Source: an uncultured Microthrixaceae bacterium
Lineage (GTDB): Bacteria; Actinomycetota; Acidimicrobiia; Acidimicrobiales; DATDAH01
Reading direction: 5' to 3'
Assembly: GCA_963701565.1 (NCBI GenBank)
Contig: CAVPAN010000010.1
Span: 445,698-509,697 of the forward strand
Length of the DNA: 64,000 nt
Made by a program: the position numbers and the translations under genes. The notes under the pieces are model-generated. The model was not told the DNA's origin and ran no database searches. It saw nothing but the letters and a program-made list of their open reading frames with translations. The first letter of the stretch is position 1; each line of letters opens with the position of its first letter. Below, in pieces: positions 8,044-16,715 of the stretch.

Positions 8044-9033
8044 GTGCCGTCCCGGGACGCCTCGAAGATCTTCGTCGCGCTGGCGTCCTACTGTGAGCCG
8101 GAGCTGGCGCTGACCATCGAGGACTGCCTCGCCCGGGCCGCCCGGCCCGAGCGACTGACGTTCGGGGTGCTGCACCAGTTCGACGAGGACGGCGGCCCCG
8201 ACCTCGGCGAGGACGCCCTCGCCCGGTTCTCGGGCGACGACCGGTTCCGCATCGTCACCCGCGACCATCGGGAGAGCCGGGGGGGCTGCTGGGCCCGCCA
8301 CCACGTCCAGGGCCTCGAGGACGGCGAGGCGTTCACCCTCCAGGTCGACGCCCACACCCGCTTCGCCGACGACTGGGACGACGAGCTGATCACGATGGCT
8401 GCCGACACCGGCGCCGAACGGCCGCTCATCACCGGGTTCCCCCCGCTCTACCACCGCGTCGACGACGTCGATGTCCTCGATCGGGGCGACCGGGACCCGG
8501 TGCCGTCGGTGCGAGTGACCCACTGGTCCCCCGAGGGATGGATCGACCACCCAACCGAGATCGTCGACCACGGCGTGGCGCCGCCGCGACGGACCCGGGT
8601 GCTGTCGGGCGCCTTCGTCTTCGCCCCCGGCTCGTGGAGCCGGGACGTGCGCCAGGATCCCGGCTTCCTCTACACCGGCGAGGAGTTCGCGTTGACCCTG
8701 CGCTCCTTCACCCACGGCTTTGAGCTCTTCCAGCCGGCCCGGGTCGTGGTCTGGCACCGCAACCATCCCCAGCCGAACCGCAAGTGGATCAGCGACGCTG
8801 ATCGACCGGCGGTCGACCAGCGCCATCAGCGGGCGACGGCTCGACTGCGGCTGCTCCTGGCCGGTGACCCCGACGGGCGGCTCGGGACCTACTCCCTGGG
8901 GCGACGCCGCACCCTGGAGGACTACCGGCGGTTCTCGGGCCTCGACTGCGCGAACCGGACCATCCATCCCGATGCCTTCCGCGGGATCCCGCCCGACCCG
9001 GTGACCGTCCCCGACGACGCCGACTGGCAGTGA
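8044..9033 (+). CDS. GT60-like 'GlcNAc' glycosyltransferase (Skp1 hydroxyproline GlcNAc-transferase Gnt1 family)
   Basis: 329-aa ORF with IFVALASYCEPELALTIEDCLARAARPERLTFGVLHQ and FTLQVDAHTRFADDWDDELI, matching the family signatures IFVSIASYRD.EC and Q.DSH..F...WD. It is divergent from the O-FucT-like gene across a 47-bp gap. Confidence 0.75.
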   Translation: MPSRDASKIFVALASYCEPELALTIEDCLARAARPERLTFGVLHQFDEDGGPDLGEDALARFSGDDRFRIVTRDHRESRGGCWARHHVQGLEDGEAFTLQVDAHTRFADDWDDELITMAADTGAERPLITGFPPLYHRVDDVDVLDRGDRDPVPSVRVTHWSPEGWIDHPTEIVDHGVAPPRRTRVLSGAFVFAPGSWSRDVRQDPGFLYTGEEFALTLRSFTHGFELFQPARVVVWHRNHPQPNRKWISDADRPAVDQRHQRATARLRLLLAGDPDGRLGTYSLGRRRTLEDYRRFSGLDCANRTIHPDAFRGIPPDPVTVPDDADWQ

Positions 9034-9044
9034 CCGCCGGGGGC

Positions 9045-9944
9045 TCAGCGCTGTTTGGTGGCGACGAAGTCCCGCAGGATGACGAGGAGATCGCGGCAGT
9101 AGTCCAGCCGGGCGTCCTCGGGGTCCACGTCGATCGGGGTCCAGGGCCGGTAGCCCTGCTTGAACCACAGGGTGGCGCCGTCGCGGTCCTCGATCGGTTG
9201 GCAGTAGTGGATGATGGGGGCGCCGGCGACGGCCTCGTCGGGCCAGTTGGTGAACGCGCCGAGGGTCCGGGGCGTCCAGGTCAGGCCCTGTTCCGCCGAG
9301 GCGGCGATGAAGGCGAACATGTCGCTCTCCCAGGCGCCGACCTCCTCGCGGGCGATAGCGGTGAGCTCGATCCAGCGAGGCAGGAGGGCCTCCGAGATCT
9401 CTCGGTGTGGACCAGCGCCGGCCAGGTGATGCCCTGCATCGCCGTCGGGTCCACGCCCGTCTCGCGGGCCAGCACGTCCAGGGTGTCACCGCCGGCGTGG
9501 AAGCCGTACCAGGGTTGGGCGATCGGGGCCCCGGGGACGACCCGGGTGGGCACCGGCGCCCGGAACACCATGTCGGGGTCGAGGAACAGGACGGTGCCGA
9601 CGGGCTGTTCGGTCTGGAGCCATTCCAGGGTCGAGAACAGGCGGTTGTAGGGCACGTAGTGGTCGCCGGTGCGGGGGTGGACGTTGGGGGCCCGGGTCGC
9701 CACCACCCGGGCGTGGCGGTGGGTCGGCAACGGCCCGCCCTGGGGGGCGGCGACCAGGCGGACGAGCTCGCCGGGCTGGGCCACCGCGTGCCAGGTGTGG
9801 GCGAGGATCTGGACCTGCCAGTTGGCGTAGGCCTGGGTGTCGGTGGCCACGATCGAGTAGATCGGCTCGACGTCGGGCGGCGGGCCGGGGTCGGCCACGG
9901 CGGCTTCGGGCACCGGGAGGTCGCGGACGATGCGGGGGCCCCAT
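9045..9944 (-). pseudogene. Hydroxyproline O-arabinosyltransferase (HPAT, GT95)/SGT1-like glycosyltransferase, interrupted by at least one frameshift
   Basis: Frame 1 reads PIYSIVATDTQAYANWQVQILAHTWH...DHYVPYNRLFSTLEWLQTEQPVGTVLFLDPDMVF...ITWPALVHT. After a shift near 9395-9405, frame 2 reads EISEALLPRWIELTAIAREEVGAWESDMFAFIAASAEQGL...APIIHYCQPIEDRDGATLWFKQGYRPW. Block order and motifs parallel plant HPAT1. The start is uncertain (GTG 9913, or ATG 9944 if a second shift is present). Confidence 0.7.
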
Positions 9945-10038
9945 CCCTCCGTCGGACTTCGGCCACAGGAGGTACTGGGTCGCCGGGGCGGCCAGCTCGA
10001 GGTCGAGGCTGAGGACCCGGGTGCGTCGGACGAGCAGC

Positions 10039-11130
10039 TCAGGGCTCGGTCAGGTCCCGGCGGAACAGCTCGGTGCCGTCGGCGTCCATGAGCGTGAACA
10101 CCCAGACCTCGTAGTCGTCCCGTTCGGGGACCGCGTCGGTGTCGAGGCGGACGATCCGGCGGAACCGCTCGGGCCGACGTTCGTCCCGGGACCGGCGCCG
10201 GGCCGCGAAGTCGACGCCGGCCTACGCCTCGTACTCGGCCACCGTGCGCACCGGGCCCAGCCCGTAGGGCTCGAGCGAGGCGGCGTCGCCGAGCAGCAGG
10301 GTCTCGATGCGAGCCCGGCCCCGCTCGTTGGCCTGCTGCCTGGGTGTCGCTGTGGTCGGTCCAGTGCAGCGGGGCACCGTGGTCGTAGTGGTGCCAGAGG
10401 AGGTTCTCGTTGGGATGGCGCAGGTCATAGCCGTGGGTGAAGGCCCGCACGGCCAGGGTGATCTCCTCGCCGGAGAAGTACAGCTCAGGGTCATAGGGGA
10501 CGTCTTCACAGAACCGGCCCAGGGTGAAGATCATCCCGGCGGCGACGAAGGGGCTCGGCCCGGCGCACGGTCGGGTCGGGCGCGGGATCGCCCTGCTGCA
10601 CCGTGGTGAGGTCGGCCCGCAGCTCGACCAGGCCGAGCCGCTCGATGCCGGTGTCGGGGTCGAGCACGTCCCGGCCGTCGCGGCGCCAGTAGGCCTTGGG
10701 GTAGCCGGTGATCAGCGGCCGGTCGGCCTCGATCTCCGCCAGCATGGCGATGAACCGCTCGTCCCAACCGGGGGCGAAGCGGGTGTGGGCGTCGATCTGG
10801 AGCGTGTAGGCCTCACCGTCGTAGAGCCGCCCGACCCGGCTCCGGGCCCAGCAGCACCCCTGGCTCTCGACGGTGGGGCACCGCATCGATCCGGAACCGG
10901 GCGTCGTTGGCCCAGGGCCCCAGGTCGTCGACCGTCTCGTCGTCGTACTGGGCGCAGATCCCGAACCGCAGCCGCTCCGGCTCCGCCGCCTCGGCCAGGG
11001 CGCTGGCGATCGTCCGCGGCAGCTCGGGGTCACGGTAGGACGCGATCTGCACGAAGATCTCGGTCCGGCCCGCCACCCGGCCGAGCCTACGGTGACGCTG
11101 CGGTCCCGGACCCCGGCGCAGCCAGGACAT
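10039..11130 (-). pseudogene. Second GT60-like GlcNAc-transferase paralogue, decayed (three frameshifts plus an in-frame TAG)
   Basis: IFVQIASYRDPELPRTI...RFRIDAVPHR, then a shift (~10866-10875), then ESQGCCWARSRVGRLYDGEAYTLQIDAHTRFAPGWDERFIAMLAEIEADRPLITGYP. A shift at ~10548-10556 leads to FVAAGMIFTLGRFCEDVPYDPELYFSGEEITLAVRAFTHGYDL. A shift at ~10331-10350 leads to QANERGRARIETLLLGD...RTVAEYEA. TAG at 10222-10224 is followed by AGVDFAARR...VWVFTLMDADGTELFRRDLTEP. The whole is collinear with 8044..9033. Confidence 0.7.
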
Positions 11131-11179
11131 CGGCCATCCCGGTCACCCCGCTCATCGGCAGCAGTAGCCTGCCCGGGGC

Positions 11180-11983
11180 ATGGCGGCACTGGTCCCCGGG
11201 GGTGCCCCGAACACGGTCGACGCACCGGTCGGCGGCGGCCCCGCCGTCCGCTTCGTGCAGATCTTCGGCGAGCGGTGCTCGGGGACGAACTACCTCGCAC
11301 GCCTGATCGACAAGAACTTCGGCCCGGTCGAGATCACCACGTCGTTCGGCGGCAAGCACTGGTTCATCAAGGGTCATGAGCCCCGGGGCCGACCGAATCG
11401 ATCGACCGACCTCGAGTGCGTCCGGCGCCTGACCGACGGCGACGACACCCTGTTCCTTGTCATCTTCCGCGATCCGATCGACTGGCTGCGCTCCCTTCAC
11501 GCCCGGCCCTACCACGCGCCGGGGCACTGGAACCTCTCCGTTCGCCGACTTCATCCGGAAGCCGTGGATCTGCTGGGAGCCCGAACGGGCCAATCCCCTC
11601 TGGCCCGGGCCGGGTCCCTACTTCATCGAGGACGCCGACAACGTCGTTCGGCTGCGCAGCCAGAAGATCCGGCATCTCACCGACCTGGAGGGGACGGTGG
11701 CCAACGTCGCCTTCGTGACCTACGAGGCGTTGGTGGACGATCTCGGCGCCTTGGCCGAGGATCGCCGACAGGTTCGGCATCCCGCTGAGCCATCGGCCGT
11801 TGCTCGACGAGACGGCGCTACTTCGGCCAGGCGGAGCGGGCAGACCGTTCGTCGGGCCTCGGACCTACCCGCCGGTCGCCCGCCGGGACCTTCGGTTCAT
11901 CCTTCAGCAACCTCGACCACGACCTCGAGGCGAGCATCGGCTACGACCTGCCGGCCGACGCCGGGGGCGAAGGCACCGCCTGA
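11180..11983 (+). pseudogene. Sulfotransferase-like gene with about three frameshifts
   Basis: RFVQIFGERCSGTNYLARLI resembles a 5'-PSB-like motif and FLVIFRDPIDWLRS a 3'-PB-like motif. The coding sense jumps frame near 11534-11546, 11755-11770 and 11898-11906. The gene ends ...SNLDHDLEASIGYDLPADAGGEGTA* at 11981-11983. Confidence 0.55.
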
Positions 11984-11985
11984 TC

Positions 11986-12936
11986 GTGAGCGGAGGCCCA
12001 CAGGATCCGCCGATTTCGGCCGGCGGTAGTCTCTGGCCCTTGGATCCCGAAGGGCGAGCGGCCGCTGACGGCCCACCGCCCCCTCGGTTGGCCATCCTGG
12101 TGCTGGGCTGCCGGCTACCGGTGTATGACCGGTGCATCCACGCCATACGTTCGACGTGGGGCGCCCGCCCGCCTGTCGATGTCGACGTCCTCTACCTCTA
12201 CGGCCGACCGATCTCCAGCGGCCAGGAGGGCATCGACCTCGGTCCCGTGATCGGCCGGGCCGAGCCCGACCTGGACGAGAACGAGACCGTCAGGCTGGGG
12301 GACGTCATCCTCTGTGGGACGGGGGACGTCTACGCCGATCAGGTCGACTGCATCCTGCGCAAGCGGCTGCTGGCCTTCGCCGCGCTGGCGGAACTCGACG
12401 AGTACGACTTCGTCTACACGGTGTGCGCGTCGAGCTATGTCGACGTGTACGAGCTGCGTCGGTACGTCCGGGGCCTCCCGGCGACGGGCGTCTACCACGG
12501 GCCGCTCGGCGTCTGCGGGTTCAGCGGGTACCCGTTCGTGTCCGGCGCATCCCTCTTGCTGTCCAAGGACATGGTCGCTCACCTCGCGGGTGCCGCCGAT
12601 GAGATCATCGCGACCAACGCCGGCCGTCATGCCGATGATGTGGCCATGGGCCGCTGGATCGCCGAGGCGCTGTGTGAGGAGTCCCTGTCGGACATATGCG
12701 ACCGGATCGCGGCGGGTGAGCCCGCCACCCTCGGGCAGGCGTTCGTGCTCCCCAACGGACGGGGGATGACGAACTGGGTCCAGCCGTCCCCCAAGGACCG
12801 GACACCGCACCCGCACGTCTATCACTACCACTTCCACTCCCGGCGAATCGGGGAGCTCGAGCGCTTTCACCGCCGCTTCTTCGCACCCGTCCCCGGTGCT
12901 GGCGACCGCTCAGCGGACCGGGCCGAACCAGCCTGA
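11986..12936 (+). CDS. GT31/Fringe-like glycosyltransferase (the family of plant Hyp-O-galactosyltransferases)
   Basis: LAILVLGCRLPVYDRCIHAIRSTWG (compare ..R..AIR.TWG), YPFVSGASLLLSKDMVAHL and HADDVAMGRWIAE (compare EDV..G..). The DxD position is atypical (SSYVD). The GTG at 11986 is in frame 2 nt after the sulfotransferase stop; later TTG starts are possible. Confidence 0.55.
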   Translation: MSGGPQDPPISAGGSLWPLDPEGRAAADGPPPPRLAILVLGCRLPVYDRCIHAIRSTWGARPPVDVDVLYLYGRPISSGQEGIDLGPVIGRAEPDLDENETVRLGDVILCGTGDVYADQVDCILRKRLLAFAALAELDEYDFVYTVCASSYVDVYELRRYVRGLPATGVYHGPLGVCGFSGYPFVSGASLLLSKDMVAHLAGAADEIIATNAGRHADDVAMGRWIAEALCEESLSDICDRIAAGEPATLGQAFVLPNGRGMTNWVQPSPKDRTPHPHVYHYHFHSRRIGELERFHRRFFAPVPGAGDRSADRAEPA

Positions 12937-13074
12937 GCCGGCCGACGTCGGCGCTCGTTGCGGTCGGAGTGGTCGTCTGGATGCCCGGACCCCGCACGCC
13001 CGGTCCGGCCGGAACGACGCACACGAGTCGCCGTAACCTTCACCAACCTCGTCTTTGTTGAAAGTTGGTATCTA

Positions 13075-13136
13075 TCCGATCGGTTGCTACGAAGCGTTGA
13101 CGTCCACCTCGCGCGCCGCTACCAGGAGGACCGATG
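13075..13136 (+). pseudogene. 3'-terminal remnant of a BrnT-like toxin gene (intact copy at 40063..40374)
   Basis: Nucleotide homology to 40314-40374 starts at tccgatcggttgctacga. A 2-nt length difference breaks the frame (..YPIGCYEA..). Confidence 0.5.
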
Positions 13137-13376
13137 AGCACCACTCCCAAGAAGATGACTCGTCAGGAAGAACACGACTTCTACGCCAAGCCGGAGAATC
13201 AGGAGCCCCAAGGCCCCGCTCGACGTCGGCGAGCCCGCCTCACCGAAGTCGTGCCCGTCCGCTTTCCTGAAGACACCCTCGAAAAGCTTCGTGACCGGGC
13301 CGAGGCTGACGATCGGTCAGTCAGCTCCTGGATTCGGCGAGCGGTCGAACACGAACTCCGTCGCGACGTCGGCTGA
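13134..13376 (+). CDS. Ribbon-helix-helix antitoxin (BrnA/CopG-like)
   Basis: 80-aa ORF ...RLTEVVPVRFPEDTLEKLRDRAEADDRSVSSWIRRAVEHEL. It differs at one residue from 40371..40613. Confidence 0.7.
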   Translation: MSTTPKKMTRQEEHDFYAKPENQEPQGPARRRRARLTEVVPVRFPEDTLEKLRDRAEADDRSVSSWIRRAVEHELRRDVG

Positions 13377-13636
13377 CCAAGTCGCCCAAGACCTGCGGCA
13401 GCCTCCCGACGGCGGAACTCGTCCCCCAGCCGTCGTTCGGTCCGTCGCCGCTACGTGATGGGCACGTCGGACGCTCATCCGATTGTGCGTCGGGTGAACG
13501 ATCTGAAGGTCGATCGGATGGTCGGATCGTGCGCCCGGATGTCGGCCGGCGCGATCGGTCCAGCACAGCAGGCTGTCTGGACCGCGGCGACATGGGTGAA
13601 CGCGGCACGTGAGCGCGCCCTCCCCGCTGCTGCCGC

Positions 13637-14741
13637 TCATGCGCTTCCGACCTTGTGAACGGTGGCCCTGTAGGCCTTGACGGGCCGGCCCTCGGCGTCG
13701 AGCAGGCGCCCAGCGTAAAGCAGCCCGGTGACGACGTGCTGCGGCCTTGGAGCGGCCGCAGTGGGCTCTGTCCCGGAGGCTCACGACGAGCTGGCCGGCC
13801 GTCTGCGTGCCGGGGGAACCGTCGACGACCCTGATGGACGATGGCCTCGAGTTCGGCCCGGCCGGCATCGTCGAGGGTGACCTTCCGCTTCCCACCGGCG
13901 GTCTCGGTTCCTGTCCCCTCGGCCTCGGCGCCCATGGGGGCTTCGGCTCTTTCGACCAGCCGTAGATTTCGTCCCGGCACCGTGGTGGCGCCGAGCTTGG
14001 CGGCGTGGGCTTCGACCTCACCGGGCCCCATGATCCGGATCGAGAAGAACTCCTCGGCGATCACCGCCTTCGTCGGAGTCCAACCGCGGCGCGACCACCA
14101 CGGCCCGGTCACCCTCGACGCCGACGATGCGGGTCACATCGCCGAAACGGGGAAGGCTCTCGGCCACCCGGTGGCCGGACTTGCATTCGAAGACCACCGG
14201 CGCGCCGCCGACGATCGCCACGACGTCGAGCTCCAGCTCGCCGTGGGCCGGGTGCTCGGCTTGGAGGTTGCGGGCGACCTCGGCGTCCTCACCGAGCACC
14301 GACCGCAGGACCTGCTCGACGCCGATCTCGAGCCACGGACCGGCGACGAAGGCCCGCAGGCGGGCACCGGCCTGCGAGCGCTGTGCGTTGAGGCTGAAGT
14401 CGAGCACGGCGTCCGAACGGTTGACCGCCCGGAGCAGCCCGACCGCGGCCAGCGATTGGGCGACGCCGAGGGCCAGCTGGTTCTGGTGCTCGTCAGGACC
14501 GAGCTGGATGCATCCGCTCGACGGCTCCTCCTTCGACAGCTTGGAGTGGAGGTCACCGAGGAGGCGGCCGGCAGGCTCGGAGCGCACCGCGTCAGCGGCG
14601 ATGCGACAGAAGAGGGAATCCGCCGGCTGGAGCAGAGCGCGTCGCCGTTCGGCGAGCTGCGCTCGCTACGAGCCACTGGTCGATGAGCGGCGTGGCGGAC
14701 GGCCTCGTCGATGATCCGGCCGGGACGGCGAGAACGTTCAT
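13637..14741 (-). pseudogene. Decayed copy of the PD-(D/E)xK nuclease-like gene (intact copy at 38777..39877)
   Basis: Homologous peptide blocks are split over three frames (ORFs 14018..14587, 13321..14112 and 13317..14021). Examples are ...ELELDVVAIVGGAPVVFECKSGHRVAESLPRFGDV..., then KAVIAEEFFSIRIM..., then VVDGSPGTQTAGQLVVSLRDR... Confidence 0.65.
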
Positions 14742-15046
14742 GGCTGGCCTCCTGGTCACGAGGGCTACCTAGTGCCCGTGCCCGTGCCGATGTCGGCCCC
14801 GCATCTCGGCGCCCTGAGCTCGTCATCGGGCGGGCAGAGTCGGGGGTTGAGTCCGACCATTTCCGGCTACCCATTCGGGCATCTCGTACAAAGTCGATCG
14901 AGTCATCGGTCCGTCGGCGTCCGCTTGTGGGCGGAGTCCGGCGTCGACCCTTCTGGGCCAGCATCCGATGTCAGTGGCAGCCCTACGAGCGCTCCGCTGA
15001 TCGGACGACCGGCTGGTCGGCCGCTGGCTAGTCCTCCAGCTCAGCT

Positions 15047-15235
15047 TCAGCGCTGGTACTGCGTACCAGCGATAGTGCCCGTGGCCATTGCGAAGGACAG
15101 CTTGGCCTTGTGACCCTGATCCGGGTTTACGGGCTCCTCAGGGATCCGCGGCTCATTTGCGACTGCGTCAGCGATAGCGGACTCCGCAGCGCCCTCGAAG
15201 CCCTCCAGCGACGTCCCTATTCCTCTGGCACCCAT
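15047..15235 (-). CDS. Small protein, weakly dodecin-like
   Basis: 62 aa. GIGTSLEGFEGAAESAIADAV resembles the dodecin N-terminal block (VGTSP.G...A). The rest is not convincing. Confidence 0.3.
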   Translation of the reverse strand: MGARGIGTSLEGFEGAAESAIADAVANEPRIPEEPVNPDQGHKAKLSFAMATGTIAGTQYQR

Positions 15236-15948
15236 CAGGCAACATCCCCCCCGTCATCCGGATCATGCGGCGATCATCGCCGCCATGGCAGTAATCACAC
15301 TTACACCGCTATTTGTACGGATGGGGCACCGGGCGCGGTAACCATTGCACGGACCCCGAATGCGTCGGTCGAGTCGTGGGAGATACAGCCATCGTCGGCG
15401 AGGTGCGCGATCGTGAGTGGCAACCCCTCACTCCTTGCCGACGCTGGCCTTGTCCCCAACGACGACGAGCGGGGACCAACACTGCCGGAGGTGACGGCGC
15501 TTCGCGAACGGATTGGTGTCAGGCGACGGTGAAGGGCACCGCCATGCCGGACGCGACGTGGGGCTGTGCGTCCGCTTCGACGCGGCTGCACTCGACTCCG
15601 CGTCGGAGAAGGCCCAGGTGGCCTGAGGAGCGGTCCGAGTTCCCATCGAACCCTCCCCGCCCCTGCAGTCGAGAGGTCGTCGCACACCTGTCCGGGGCAT
15701 AGCGGCCGCTGGTGCGTCCAGCCCCCAGCGGTCAGGCCCTCCACCGGGGTTTGTCACTCGGCTCCGCCACCGCTGGCAGACAACTTCGGTGCGGTGATCA
15801 ACGATCCCAAACCGCTCGCCTCGGGCCAGACAGCAGCAGCCAGCCGGATCTGCATCTCGCCGTCATCATCCACTGGTGGCGCACCACCTAACCGACCCGA
15901 CCGGCCTCATCCCCTTCTCGGTCCCTTCTCGGTGAGGCCCTGGTCCCG

Positions 15949-16269
15949 CTACCCGCGGTCGATCTGCATGAGTTCGACCGGCGCTCCGTTGACCTCGATG
16001 AACGCGACAGTCACCCCGACGCTCGGACTGTTCGGCTCGATGATCACGCGCTGCCCCTCCAGCGCGGCGACGAGGTCCTCGACCTCAAAGGCGACATGGG
16101 GGACGGACTTCACCAGCTCCGGATACGGCGCACCTTCCCAGTACCGCTGCCACTGGATCCCGAACGGGTTGTTCAGATGATCACTCACCGTCATCTTCAG
16201 GTGCGGCAGGTCGATCTCACCGTCGAAACGGCCGGTGGTCGGAATCCCGATGTGATCGGACTTCACCAA
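15949..16269 (-). CDS. VOC (glyoxalase/bleomycin-resistance/dioxygenase) family protein
   Basis: 106-aa ORF ...VPHVAFEVEDLVAALEGQRVIIEPNSPSVGVTVAFIEVNGAPVELMQ. Confidence 0.65.
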   Translation of the reverse strand: MVKSDHIGIPTTGRFDGEIDLPHLKMTVSDHLNNPFGIQWQRYWEGAPYPELVKSVPHVAFEVEDLVAALEGQRVIIEPNSPSVGVTVAFIEVNGAPVELMQIDRG

Positions 16270-16715
16270 GCCTTGACCGTAGGTGGTGGCACCCGCAGCT
16301 AACCGATCGATTCGACCACGACGGCTGGCCCCTCAGGACACTCGACCGGGCGGCGACGGGGCCTCCCGAATCGTTGGTGAGGTCCCGTCAGGAGCGCCGA
16401 GGCACCCCGGATGCAAGCGGCTACGGGACGAGAAGCTTGCGAGCACTGTGAGACACTGCATCGTGACTTTCGGGTCTGGCCCCCGGGCCTACCTCGAAGG
16501 CCACGTTCGGTCGGCAGTGAGCAACAGGACTCGCTCCTAGAAGGGGTCGCCCTCATGGTCATGCGATGTTCTCAGGCGGGGTCACCGCGTGGTCCTCGTC
16601 GTCGCCGTCCGGATTGCCGCTCGCGTTGTCACCCGTACGTCGTGCATGGCCGTCTTGGCTTCCACCTGGGCACCGCCTGATGGCATCGGGTCCGGGCGAC
16701 GATCCCGCTCACGCG

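Noticed and set aside
7993-9966. 657-aa minus-strand ORF
   Set aside because: It spans the plus-strand GT60-like gene (antisense) and the HPAT-like gene (wrong frame). Its Pro/Arg-rich composition is typical of a shadow ORF.
12985-13008. Terminator hairpin after the GT31-like gene (ccggacc-N10-ggtccgg)
   Set aside because: The stem is 7 bp but no U-tract follows. In this GC-rich sequence such stems arise easily, so it is not reported as a feature.
15240-15950. Coding potential in the 700-bp gap between the dodecin-like ORF and the VOC gene
   Set aside because: All candidate ORFs (15110..15532, 15301..15744, 15313..15702, 15566..16180) have Arg/Pro/Ser-rich shadow-like composition, no motifs and no RBS. 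The stretch may hold decayed genes, but nothing can be supported.
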